Below, piece after piece: positions 47,614 through 57,217 of a stretch of DNA of 64,000 bases. The first letter of the stretch is position 1; the number at the start of each line of letters is the position of its first letter. Source of the stretch: Eubacteriales bacterium (GTDB lineage: Bacteria > Bacillota > Clostridia > Oscillospirales > CAG-382); NCBI GenBank assembly GCA_045596605.1, contig JAZOCR010000143.1, positions 3,743 through 67,742 on the forward strand, given 5' to 3'. The notes beneath the pieces were generated by a model that searched no databases, was not told the origin of the DNA, and saw only the letters and a program-made list of their open reading frames with translations. Made by a program: the position numbers and the translations under genes.

Positions 47614-48492
47614 GTGGCAGAAAAATATAAAGATAAAAAGCCATACGGTAAAAAGGGAGCACCCTACGGCAAACCCTTTGGCGCAAAGGATTCAAAGCCT
47701 TATGGCAGACGAAAACCCTCATCAAAACCTGAGAGGGAAGAAAGAGAAAACAGTGAAGAGCTTTCCAACGGCTCAGTACCCGGCAGAAATGCAGTCCGTG
47801 AGCTTCTGAAGTCCGGTCGTGATATTGAGAAGATATTCGTAAGAGAGGGCGACAGAGAGGGCTCCATAACAGTCCTTGTTGCACAGGCACTTGAACGGGG
47901 CATACCTGTCATAGAGGTAGATAAAAACAAGCTTGATGCACTCTGCGGATACGAACAGCATCAGGGAATAGTCGCAATAGCCTCCGAAAAGGAGTACGTT
48001 ACTCTTGACGAGGTGGTAAGGATAGCCGAGGAAAGAGGAGAAAAACCGCTCATCGTAATATGTGACGGAATTTCCGACCCCCATAACCTCGGAGCAATAA
48101 TCAGATGTGCCGAGGGCGCAGGGGCACACGGAATAGTGCTTCCCAAAAGACGTGCCGCAGGAATTACACCGGCGGTGGTTAAGGCGTCAGCCGGCGCAAC
48201 CGAGCACATAGCGGCGGTCAAGTGCTCAAATATCAGCGATACCATACGTAAGCTTAAGGATATGGGCTTCTGGATATTTGCGGCAGAGGCAGACGGAACA
48301 AGCTATACCGAGGCAGATTATAATTGCCCGTGCGCACTTGTTCTTGGAAGCGAGGAGCACGGCGTGTCGGATATAGTCAAGAAAAATTCCGATTTTATAG
48401 TTTCAATACCTATGAAGGGGAAGGTCAATTCCCTTAACGTCTCAACTGCGGCGGCGGTGCTGCTTTATGAGGCAATAAAGCAGAGAAGCTGA
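47614..48492 (+). CDS. rlmB: TrmH-family 23S rRNA 2'-O-methyltransferase (RlmB-like)
   Basis: SpoU substrate-binding and methylase domains (DPHNLGAIIRCAEGAG, LVLGSEEHG, SLNVSTAAAVLLYE). GTG start. A K/P/G-rich N-terminal extension carries KPYG-like repeats. Confidence 0.85.
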   Translation: MAEKYKDKKPYGKKGAPYGKPFGAKDSKPYGRRKPSSKPEREERENSEELSNGSVPGRNAVRELLKSGRDIEKIFVREGDREGSITVLVAQALERGIPVIEVDKNKLDALCGYEQHQGIVAIASEKEYVTLDEVVRIAEERGEKPLIVICDGISDPHNLGAIIRCAEGAGAHGIVLPKRRAAGITPAVVKASAGATEHIAAVKCSNISDTIRKLKDMGFWIFAAEADGTSYTEADYNCPCALVLGSEEHGVSDIVKKNSDFIVSIPMKGKVNSLNVSTAAAVLLYEAIKQRS

Positions 48493-48536
48493 GAAGGCTG
48501 CGATGCAGTAAAAGTTTAAGAAAGGAAGTAATCTTT

Positions 48537-50912
48537 ATGCAGACAAACGGAAACACCTCACCGGAGGGCGCAAAGAACCAAATTTCTCTCGACAGCATCA
48601 TAAACGAATTTGAAAATAACGGCACTGCGGACGATTCTCAGAAAAAAATAAATCCTATGGATAAGCTGAACGAAATGTTCAGAAAGCAGGAAGAGGATCT
48701 GGATTGGCTCAACGATTTCGTGCTTGAAGCGGAAGAAGGAGAAGAATCCGATGCAGAGGAAGAGCAGGAAAGTGTCAGTGAGATAATTGCTGAAAATGCC
48801 GAAGTCGAAGAAATACACCAGGCAACGGACGAGGAAATATCCGAGGATATTACTCAGGCAATAGCCGAAGCAATAGCAGGAGAGGAGCTGCCGCCGGAGG
48901 AATACCCGGATAACGACGGGGCTACAAGACAGTTCAATGCTGTAAAAGAAGCATCAGATGAAGAAATAGGCTTTGAGATGTTTGAAAATGATACGTCAGA
49001 GCCCGAAGAAGAAACAGAAGTGGCTAATGAAATAGAAGATGACGTTTCGGACGTACAAGAGCCGGATGAGGTAGACGGCTATCTTACCAAGCTTTTCGGA
49101 GGCTCAGACGATGATTTTTCCGAGGACGAAAACGTCGCCGTGGCAGAAAAAAAGCCGGAAAAGAAAAAGTCCGAGCATAAAAAAATAGCCAAAGAGCTCG
49201 GAGTGTACGAGGAAATAGATATGTCGGATCCGGGCGCCGTGAACGCCGGAAAAAACCGATACTATACAAAGAAGCGCAATGCTCTTGTTTCTCTTTTCTG
49301 CGTAACCCTTTGTATGCTTGTCGGATTATATGTAGAGCTTGCACCCATAGCATCGCTTCCGCATTTTGAAATTCTTTCACCGGCAAATCCTGCCGTATAT
49401 GCGCTTGTGGCTCTTCAGGTTCTTTGCTTTGGTGCAATATGCATGCTCGAAAGCCTTGAAAGAGGTCTTTTCGCAATTGTTGACAAGAGATTTTCGCCGG
49501 CGTCATGTGCGCTTGTAATTGCTGCTGTGAGTGCGCTTCAGGCAGTGCTTACCGCAATTTTCAGCACTGGCTCAGATGGAGTAAGACTTTTCTGCTCGGT
49601 AGGACTTCTTGCACTGTTTATGCTTTCCGCATCTGATTATCTGCGTGCATCTGCAGATTACAAAGCCTATAAAATTGCAAGCTCCACCTCAAATAAATTC
49701 GGTGCCTTTGAAATAGCAACAGATTCTGCGGAATGTGAGCCCTTTTCTTCACACATTGACCTTGAAGAAGCAAAGGCGATAACTGTAAAAAAGGGCGCAG
49801 TTTACGAGGGATTCGTTGAAAGAAACGAGAGAAGACCTGAGGGCGAGAAAAAGCTTGGAAGACTTGCAGGCATTGTGGCTATAGTGGCACTTGTTGTAGG
49901 CGTGTTTATGGCTGTTGCCACCAAGAGCGTTTACGATGGCTATACCAGCGCAGCAATTGTGCTTATTTCCTCACTCCCCATAAACATATTCTTTGTGTCT
50001 GCACTTCCAAAGTACATAGCGGCAAAGCAGGGTAAGCAAATAGGCGCCGCACTTATAGGTCAGAACGCAAGCGAGGAGTACAAAGGACTGTCAGTGGTTA
50101 CCTTTGAAGATACCGAAGTGTTCTTGCCTAAGGACGTGCGTATTTCAAGCATAAAAACCTATAGTGGAATGGCACTTGACGAAGCCGTGGTTCTTATGTC
50201 AAAGATTTACGGTAAAATAGGCGGACCACTTTCAAAAATATTCGCAAAAATGGTGGATACTGAAACCGGAAAATCCGAGGTTGAGCTTGAAAAGGTTTAT
50301 CCCGACGCTCTTTGGGTAAAGGTGGACGGAAAGAACGTATGTCTTGCAACCTCCTCGTATCTTTCTGCAAACGGAATAAAAATAATATCCGACAGCGTTG
50401 ACACAGCCTTCGAGCAGTCTCACGGAAGTATTCTTTATTTGGTTTCGCTAAATAGAGTAATGGCAAAATTCTACATAAAGTACTCTGTAAATCCTAACTT
50501 TGAGAGAACTCTCAGAGAGCTTCACGAAGCGAACCTCTGCGTTGGTATAAAAACACTTGACCCTTGCATAAACAACGACCTTGTATTCGGTTGCCTTGAA
50601 AGAGCAAACTATGCACTCAGCGTTGTGAAAGGCTCAGGCGAGGAGGATATCCCGGGCGTATGTGAAACTGTAAGCTCCGGAGTAATTGCTCTCGGAAGCG
50701 TTCATAACTTCCTTGAAATGCTGCTTCTGTGCGAGCGCACCGGAAGAAACGTCAAGATAAATAACGTAATAAAGCTTATAAGCACCTTGCTTTGCCTTGT
50801 GCTTTCAACGGCTTTCGTTTTGTCAAACAGCGCACTTAACGTAGTATTCTGTCTGATAATTCAGATTTTCTGGCTGCTTCCTGTAGCGGTTATTTCCTAT
50901 TTCAATAAATAA
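48537..50912 (+). CDS. Degenerate P1B-type ATPase homologue with a long acidic N-terminal region
   Basis: A ~240-aa D/E-rich N-terminus precedes the TM helices. The segment SSLPINIFFVSALPKYIAAKQGKQIGAALIGQNASEEYKGLSVVTFEDTEVF is colinear with CopA CPC..ATP..GILIK..FDKTGTLT. TGDN is replaced by TLDP, and the actuator region is very short. Confidence 0.6.
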   Translation: MQTNGNTSPEGAKNQISLDSIINEFENNGTADDSQKKINPMDKLNEMFRKQEEDLDWLNDFVLEAEEGEESDAEEEQESVSEIIAENAEVEEIHQATDEEISEDITQAIAEAIAGEELPPEEYPDNDGATRQFNAVKEASDEEIGFEMFENDTSEPEEETEVANEIEDDVSDVQEPDEVDGYLTKLFGGSDDDFSEDENVAVAEKKPEKKKSEHKKIAKELGVYEEIDMSDPGAVNAGKNRYYTKKRNALVSLFCVTLCMLVGLYVELAPIASLPHFEILSPANPAVYALVALQVLCFGAICMLESLERGLFAIVDKRFSPASCALVIAAVSALQAVLTAIFSTGSDGVRLFCSVGLLALFMLSASDYLRASADYKAYKIASSTSNKFGAFEIATDSAECEPFSSHIDLEEAKAITVKKGAVYEGFVERNERRPEGEKKLGRLAGIVAIVALVVGVFMAVATKSVYDGYTSAAIVLISSLPINIFFVSALPKYIAAKQGKQIGAALIGQNASEEYKGLSVVTFEDTEVFLPKDVRISSIKTYSGMALDEAVVLMSKIYGKIGGPLSKIFAKMVDTETGKSEVELEKVYPDALWVKVDGKNVCLATSSYLSANGIKIISDSVDTAFEQSHGSILYLVSLNRVMAKFYIKYSVNPNFERTLRELHEANLCVGIKTLDPCINNDLVFGCLERANYALSVVKGSGEEDIPGVCETVSSGVIALGSVHNFLEMLLLCERTGRNVKINNVIKLISTLLCLVLSTAFVLSNSALNVVFCLIIQIFWLLPVAVISYFNK

Positions 50913-50946
50913 GCAAATCAGAGGATAGTTTTCAGGAGAAATCATA

Positions 50947-51762
50947 ATGGTTGAAAAAATTAAAGAAATACTTTCAAATCTTGCTTCTATAGCAATGACC
51001 GCAGGCGTGCGTCTTGTCGGTGCAGTGCTTATCGTAGTTATAGGCTTTGTCGTTATAGGCAAGCTTACCAAATATTTTAAAAATCACAGACGAATATCAA
51101 AGGTTGAAAAAAGTGTAGTAGACTTTCTCTCAAGCTTTGTTTCGGTAGCACTTAAGATTGTAGTCGTACTTACCGCAGCAAATTACCTCGGTGTTCCTAT
51201 GACCAACCTTGTGGCAATACTCGGCTCATGCGGACTTGCAATAGGTCTTGCACTTCAGGGAAGCCTTGCAAACCTTGCGGGCGGAATTATGATACTTATA
51301 TTCAAGCCCTTCAAGGACGGAGATTATGTTTCAGTAAACGGACTTGACGGAACAGTTACAGGAATAACCATTCTTTATACTTATCTTAAAACCCCCGACG
51401 GCAAAACAATAGTTATTCCCAACTCAACCACGTCAAACTCCTCTGTTATAAATTACTCAACAGAAAAGTACCGCAGAGTTGATATCCCCGTGTCTGTGTC
51501 ATATAAGAGTGACGTAGAACAGGTTAAAAAGATACTTCTCGATTTTGCAAAGTCGGTACCTTACGTTGAAAAAGACCCGGAATGTGCGGTGGTTATCTCT
51601 GCATATGCAGACAGCTCTATTGATTTTACAATAAGAGCCTGGACAGAAAGCTCCCATTACTGGGATGTAGCAGGTGCAATTAACTACGGACTTCAGAAAA
51701 CGCTTGCAGATAACGGAATTGAAGTGCCTTATCCTCAGCTTGACGTTCATTTTGATAAATAA
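50947..51762 (+). CDS. Small-conductance mechanosensitive channel (MscS family)
   Basis: 3 TM helices plus the MscS beta domain (GDYVSVNGLDGTVTGITILYTYLKTPDGKTIVIPNS). Confidence 0.88.
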   Translation: MVEKIKEILSNLASIAMTAGVRLVGAVLIVVIGFVVIGKLTKYFKNHRRISKVEKSVVDFLSSFVSVALKIVVVLTAANYLGVPMTNLVAILGSCGLAIGLALQGSLANLAGGIMILIFKPFKDGDYVSVNGLDGTVTGITILYTYLKTPDGKTIVIPNSTTSNSSVINYSTEKYRRVDIPVSVSYKSDVEQVKKILLDFAKSVPYVEKDPECAVVISAYADSSIDFTIRAWTESSHYWDVAGAINYGLQKTLADNGIEVPYPQLDVHFDK

Positions 51763-51874
51763 ACATGGAATAAAACACTTGACAAATCGTATTGTCTGTA
51801 TTATGAATACACAAATATAGCAATTCAGTAACGTTTTAATATGCATTTCCAATACAAGTGTAAATGCAAAAATC

Positions 51875-51926
51875 AAAGAGAGAACAAAGCGGATAATTTT
51901 CGCAAAGTTCTCTCTTTTTATTTTTG
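51875..51926 (+). terminator. Intrinsic terminator downstream of the MscS gene
   Basis: AAGAGAGAAC (51876-51885) pairs with GTTCTCTCTT (51907-51916), followed by TTTATTTTT. Confidence 0.75.
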
Positions 51927-51980
51927 TATCATTATATAAGCATACGCAAGAGTTCAGAAAATGATACTATGCTGTTTGCA

Positions 51981-52469
51981 TTACAGATAGGAAAAAAGTA
52001 GTCTGTTACTGTGTGAGTCCATGTTTTGCACATCAGGTATCTCGTATCTGTTATCGTTTGAATCTCTGATCATAACCCTGTTACCGCGCAGATGCTTGAT
52101 GTCACTGTGCCTGTTACGAATATCAAAGGTTATCTCACCGCGATCTGTTTCAACAGTCCACTTGAGAACCCCGAATTTATCAACACATTTGAGAACCTTT
52201 TTTATTCTGGGTATCATATAATACTCATTAAAGCATCCCTCAATTGCACGGCGTGATTCTTCGTCCATTTCTTCGAGGTCACGGATATATCCTACCTCTT
52301 TCTCGTGGCGATCAAGCAAGGTTATATACATCGTGTGGTTTGTGATAGGAAAAAGCTTTCTTGGCTCAAGGTCCTCATACACCGTTCCGTCTTTTAGTAT
52401 AAGACGAATTGAATAAAGGCTCGTGCGTTCTATCTTTCCCATGTATTTATCAATATATATTCTTCCCAT
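51981..52469 (-). CDS. DUF1854 domain protein
   Basis: 162 aa directly downstream of an ABC exporter gene, the usual DUF1854 context. The family call is from memory of the pattern (LFPIT...YI...D...E). Confidence 0.75.
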   Translation of the reverse strand: MGRIYIDKYMGKIERTSLYSIRLILKDGTVYEDLEPRKLFPITNHTMYITLLDRHEKEVGYIRDLEEMDEESRRAIEGCFNEYYMIPRIKKVLKCVDKFGVLKWTVETDRGEITFDIRNRHSDIKHLRGNRVMIRDSNDNRYEIPDVQNMDSHSNRLLFSYL

Positions 52470-52478
52470 TATTTTACC

Positions 52479-54746
52479 TCACTCAAAGTTCTCTGTACGC
52501 TTTGACTCGGCTATTTTATCAGCCATAGACTGTATCTCAACGAGCTTGTAATATTTACCCTTAAGCGCCATAAGCTCTTCCGGAGTACCGCATTCAATAA
52601 TGGAACCGTTGTCTATTACAACTATCTTATTTGCCTTTGAAAGAGTTGAGAGTCTGTGCGCTATCATTATAGTAGTTCTTCCGGCAATAAGCTTTTCAAT
52701 TGCCTCCTGAATAAGGTGCTCTGTTTCTGAGTCTACAGACGCCGTAGCCTCATCAAAAACAAGCATTGTAGGGTCGCGGAGCATGGCACGCGCAATAGAT
52801 ATACGCTGGCGCTCACCGCCTGAAAGGCCCACGCCTCTCTCGCCAAGCACCGAATCGTATCCATCGGGCTGGCGGATGATAAATTCATGTGCGTTAGCGA
52901 TATCTGCGGCATTTATTACCTGTTCTACCGAAAAGCTGGTATCACCATACGCAATATTATTGTATATCGTGTCATGGAACATCTGCGGCTCCTGCTGAAC
53001 ATAACCAATTCGCTCTCTGTAATAGTGCATATCTATATCTTTGATATCTACACCACCAATAGTGATAGTACCTTCATAATGATCATAGTAACGCAAAAGA
53101 AGATTTATCAAAGTTGATTTTCCAGAGCCGGTTGTTCCTACTATTCCTACTATATCACCAGGCTCAATGGTGAGATTTATATTTTTAAGTACCTTTTTAG
53201 TCCTGTCAAAAGAAAAGCTGACGTTTTTGAACTCTATTCTTCCACCCATATCCGCATCAGTATTACCACGGCCAAAATCGTGTTCAGGCTCAGCATCAAG
53301 TATATCCATTATACGCTCTACGGAAGCTATTGCTCCTTGAACAGAGTCGGAAAGATTTGCAAAGAAGTTTACAGGCTCATAAAACATTGTTGCATAGGAA
53401 ATAAATGATACCAGAAGGCCAACCGAAATCGTACCGGAGTTTCCAAGTTCAATGCCGTTTATTACAAGAGTACCACCAAGCGCCCATATTATAACGCTTC
53501 CGCAGCTCATAAGGCAGTTTACGATAGCAGGATACGCATTAAGTATCTTACCTGCCTTGGTATTGATAATACGCCACTCTTCTACTGTGCTTTCAAATTT
53601 TTCTGCCGACCTTTTCTCGTTGGCAAAAGATTTTACAACTCGTATTCCGGGAATAGTATCCGTGAGCACAGAGGTGACAGCAGAAGACCTTTTCCAGATG
53701 CGTCGGTAAAAAGGAGCGATCTTCTTTCGGAACAATCGTGAACCGATAACTACTATCGGAACCGGAACAAGCGAAAAAAGAGTCAATTTCCAGTTTATGA
53801 AAAGCATAACTACGATGATGCCGATAAGCTTGAAAAACTGCACGACAACTTCCTGTGTCATTCTGAGCATAAACGCCTGAATTGTAGCTGTGTCACTGCT
53901 TATGCGGTTTATTACCGAACCCGTAGAGGTTTTATCGTAAAAACGCATAGGTAAGTACTGCGCTTTTTCATAAACGTCAATTTTCAGTCTGGAAATTATT
54001 TTATTTCCCGAAACACGAAGCATATATCCTCGCACACCGGCAAGAAGCCAGTGTAACACATGTGTTGAAACAAGCAGAATTACAACAACAGAAAGTGCGT
54101 ATTTGTCTTTGTTTGGCAAAATTTCATCCACCATAGATTTTGTAAGAAGTGGAGGAAGCATTGCCATTGCTGTGGTAAGAACTGAAATAATTACAGAAAT
54201 AACCAGTATCAGTGTTTCCGGCTTTATATACTTCACAAGACGACTGAAAAGCTTTCCTTTTTTCATGCAGTACACACAGGGAGCACCGGGAGAAGAAAGC
54301 GTTCTTCCGCATTTAGGACACACAGAAAGCATCTTATCATAGACCGAACTAATCATATCAAGTGCCACTTCTTGGTGAACACCGTCGCGAATATCCTTAA
54401 CGTAAGTAACGAATGCATCGCAAAGTGATGTAACCGTGAAAGTAAATCTGAAAATATCCACATAATTTTTTCCGTCGAAGGAAATACGCATAACCGCATT
54501 TCCGTACATACGTTTATTATATATTTCTTTAACATCTGAAAATGTGTATTTTTCAGAGCATTCATTATCGGTAAAGCTGTAGGTAAAAAAATGGGTTGAT
54601 GTAGCAAGAAGTATGTTCTGACCATACTTTGCGTTCTTTGACACTTCGCCCACTATCCCAAAAAGTATCGGCTCGTCAGATAAAGTAAGCAATTTATCAA
54701 TCTGTTGGTCGGTTAGATTTTTATTGATCAAAAAAATTTTTTCCAT
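52479..54746 (-). CDS. ABC exporter (fused permease-ATPase) with an extra N-terminal domain and zinc ribbon
   Basis: Walker A GTTGSGKST, signature LSGGERQR, Walker B LVFDEATS and a 6-TM exporter domain. It is preceded by about 150 aa of soluble domain and CPKCG..(12)..CVYC. Confidence 0.92.
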   Translation of the reverse strand: MEKIFLINKNLTDQQIDKLLTLSDEPILFGIVGEVSKNAKYGQNILLATSTHFFTYSFTDNECSEKYTFSDVKEIYNKRMYGNAVMRISFDGKNYVDIFRFTFTVTSLCDAFVTYVKDIRDGVHQEVALDMISSVYDKMLSVCPKCGRTLSSPGAPCVYCMKKGKLFSRLVKYIKPETLILVISVIISVLTTAMAMLPPLLTKSMVDEILPNKDKYALSVVVILLVSTHVLHWLLAGVRGYMLRVSGNKIISRLKIDVYEKAQYLPMRFYDKTSTGSVINRISSDTATIQAFMLRMTQEVVVQFFKLIGIIVVMLFINWKLTLFSLVPVPIVVIGSRLFRKKIAPFYRRIWKRSSAVTSVLTDTIPGIRVVKSFANEKRSAEKFESTVEEWRIINTKAGKILNAYPAIVNCLMSCGSVIIWALGGTLVINGIELGNSGTISVGLLVSFISYATMFYEPVNFFANLSDSVQGAIASVERIMDILDAEPEHDFGRGNTDADMGGRIEFKNVSFSFDRTKKVLKNINLTIEPGDIVGIVGTTGSGKSTLINLLLRYYDHYEGTITIGGVDIKDIDMHYYRERIGYVQQEPQMFHDTIYNNIAYGDTSFSVEQVINAADIANAHEFIIRQPDGYDSVLGERGVGLSGGERQRISIARAMLRDPTMLVFDEATASVDSETEHLIQEAIEKLIAGRTTIMIAHRLSTLSKANKIVVIDNGSIIECGTPEELMALKGKYYKLVEIQSMADKIAESKRTENFE

Positions 54747-54850
54747 ATTTGTACAGTCCTTGTTATGTTCCTCTTTTTTGTTTTTTTATTGTATCATTAT
54801 CTGACAAAAAAGTCAACTGATTCCGGTAATATTTTACCTTTATGGTCGTA

Positions 54851-54889
54851 TAAAAAATCACACCCTGTATGTCGGGTGTGATTTTTTTC
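54851..54889. terminator. Bidirectional terminator after the DUF4830-like gene
   Basis: ATCACACCC (54857-54865) pairs with GGGTGTGAT (54874-54882), flanked by an A-run and a T-run. Confidence 0.75.
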
Positions 54890-54899
54890 CGGACGTATT

Positions 54900-55424
54900 T
54901 CAACACTTAGAGTTGTCACTCTCTCCAAAGTCAATAAAGGTGCGGACAAATCCACCGTAGTCACGGGAGGAAATGTCACCGCCTACAACCTTGTTTTTGT
55001 GTACGAATAACGTAAGATATACCTTGCCTGACTGACTTGGGTCGGGGGAAGGATAGTTTGTAATTTCAAAGGTGTAACGGTGCAGAGTTTTACCTCTGTA
55101 TTTTGAAAGGTCAAAGCCCTGCTGCCTCTGAATGTCGTTGTACTTTTTGTATACCGCATCAAAAACCTTGGGCAAATCAACGTCGGTGGAGTTGTATGCA
55201 GGAGTTTTCACCTGGATACCAAGAGAAGAAATGAAATTCTGCAGATCCTCCTCCGTCTTTATACCGTCAAACTTAATGCTTTTTTCCGATGCCGCAACAG
55301 TCAGAGCGTTTGCGGAGGCATCCCTTTCCGGAAGAAATCCTATAACTGCAGCTACCGCTATGGCGGATAAAAGCAGCAGCCCCACAAGCTTTATTTTTGA
55401 TGCCTTCAGTGAATAAACGAACAT
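54900..55424 (-). CDS. DUF4830-like membrane-anchored protein
   Basis: N-terminal TM (LVGLLLLSAIAVAAVIGF) plus about 140 aa of soluble domain. The family call is from memory. Confidence 0.65.
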   Translation of the reverse strand: MFVYSLKASKIKLVGLLLLSAIAVAAVIGFLPERDASANALTVAASEKSIKFDGIKTEEDLQNFISSLGIQVKTPAYNSTDVDLPKVFDAVYKKYNDIQRQQGFDLSKYRGKTLHRYTFEITNYPSPDPSQSGKVYLTLFVHKNKVVGGDISSRDYGGFVRTFIDFGESDNSKC

Positions 55425-55537
55425 AATATATAACCTCCCGCAAAAGTATCTTAAATACTTGATTTGTCGTAGTAATATTTATATTAACGGCGACAGCTTC
55501 TTATGACGGGAGATCTGAAAATTTTATTTGATTTTTT

Positions 55538-56029
55538 TTAAGACTTGCTTTTTTTAGCTCTGAGACTTGCAAAAAAATCCCTTAGCAAATCCGAGCATTC
55601 TTTTTCAAGTATGCCAAATTCCACCTTTGGCCTATGATTAAAAGGAAAGTCATTCATGTTCACGACGCCACCGAAGCAGCCTGCCTTGCTGTCGGGAGCA
55701 CCAATATACAGGTTTCTTATACGGGAATTTATTATCGCCCCCGCACACATAGGACAAGGCTCAAGGGTAACGTAAAGGTCACAGTCAAAAAGTCTCCAGC
55801 CACCAAGTCTTTTGCATGCCTTGTTTATCGCTTCAAGCTCTGCGTGGTAAAGAGCGTTTTTACCCCTTTCACGCCTGTTTCTGCCACTTGCGACTATGTG
55901 CCCTGCGTAAACCACAACAGCTCCGACGGGAACTTCACCCTCAAGGGCCGCCTTTTCTGCCGCACGAAGTGCTGCTCTCATATAGTAGTTTTTGGATTTT
56001 TCCTTTATCGGTATTATATCTTTTTTCAT
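55538..56029 (-). CDS. tadA: tRNA adenosine(34) deaminase
   Basis: CDA zinc motifs HAELEAI and PCPMCAGA, 163 aa. Confidence 0.93.
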   Translation of the reverse strand: MKKDIIPIKEKSKNYYMRAALRAAEKAALEGEVPVGAVVVYAGHIVASGRNRRERGKNALYHAELEAINKACKRLGGWRLFDCDLYVTLEPCPMCAGAIINSRIRNLYIGAPDSKAGCFGGVVNMNDFPFNHRPKVEFGILEKECSDLLRDFFASLRAKKSKS

Positions 56030-56030
56030 A

Positions 56031-57068
56031 TCATCTGAAATATGTGCTCATCGTTTCAAGGAAAACAAGGATAAAGTAAATTATCATTACAGGAGAGGCA
56101 AAGGCAGAGAAGGTCTCTCGCACTGTAAGCTTTCCGAAAACGGGGGCACAGTCATTCCTTTCGGATAGTTGTATTTTGTTCTTTCCCACAAGATAGACGG
56201 CGCAGATAAGCCCTGCGGCGAGAAGCACCACATAGCTAAGAGAGCTGTAAAGGTTAAAAATTTCAGGAGAAACCAGCACCTCGATGTAGTCAAGGGAGCA
56301 GGAGTATGCGTTGTTAAGAAAATGAATAACAACGCAGGTAAGTATCGAGCCTGTTTTTACAGCAATAAATGCAAGAAGCAAGCCGTAAACAAAGCTGTAC
56401 ATCATCTGCTCAATGCTTCCGTGAACGGAGGCAAAAAACACTGCACTTCCCACAATTGCAAAGGATTTACCGTAAGGCATGAGCTCTGATAGAATTATCC
56501 CTCTGAAAACAAATTCCTCAAGAAGCGGGGGAAGAAGAGCGATGGAAATGAAATCAATAATAAATTCAGTGGTGTTCTGCGCTACCGGCATATCGTAAAC
56601 TGAGCTGTCAAAGCCGAGAAGTCCGGTAAAAATCGAACTAAGCCCCGACATAGTGTAGGCAAAGGCAAAACAGCATGCCGCAAAGCATAAAACCGACATA
56701 GGACCAAGCTTTTGTTTTTCCTCGTCAGACTTTATTTTAAGGCACCGGGAAAAATGCTTTTTCCTCAGAACTATATAAACAATGCCGGGCACGGCAAGCT
56801 GAGCTACGTACAGGAAAACGTCAATAATACGGCTTACGAAATCCAGTGCATTATCTGTAAGCTGAACGTAAATTTGCAAATATTCAATTACTGCATAATA
56901 AATTATCAGAAATACAAATACAGTAAGGTACGTTCCGAGAAGCATACAGCAAATGCAGGACAAGGTCTTTCTAAGCTCTTTTTTTCTTCTGCTTTTTTCT
57001 ATCGCTTCACGGTAGTAAAGCTCATCCGGAATATCGTTTTGAAAATTTGTGCTATTCAAATGCTTCAC
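56031..57068 (-). CDS. CPBP family intramembrane glutamic endopeptidase
   Basis: Polytopic membrane protein with EEFVFRG and FASVHG motifs. Confidence 0.8.
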   Translation of the reverse strand: MKHLNSTNFQNDIPDELYYREAIEKSRRKKELRKTLSCICCMLLGTYLTVFVFLIIYYAVIEYLQIYVQLTDNALDFVSRIIDVFLYVAQLAVPGIVYIVLRKKHFSRCLKIKSDEEKQKLGPMSVLCFAACCFAFAYTMSGLSSIFTGLLGFDSSVYDMPVAQNTTEFIIDFISIALLPPLLEEFVFRGIILSELMPYGKSFAIVGSAVFFASVHGSIEQMMYSFVYGLLLAFIAVKTGSILTCVVIHFLNNAYSCSLDYIEVLVSPEIFNLYSSLSYVVLLAAGLICAVYLVGKNKIQLSERNDCAPVFGKLTVRETFSAFASPVMIIYFILVFLETMSTYFR

Positions 57069-57217
57069 CTTCTTTTGTAGTGGGCTAAGGCTTATACTTT
57101 TTATATAATATCATACTTTTGTTATTTATTCAAGAGTTATATTGTAAAGTAGGGAAATAAAAATACCGCCAAAGCAGACAAAGTCTTGCTTTGACGGTTT
57201 ATGTAAGCCTATATACC

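Noticed and set aside
51779-51926. Possible sRNA between the MscS gene and its terminator (TTGACA at 51779, hairpin TGCATTT/AAATGCA, terminator 51876-51916)
   Set aside because: The -10 is poor at the correct spacing: TATGAA at 17 nt, and TATTAT only at 14 nt. The terminator is more simply the MscS gene terminator. This is too weak to call.
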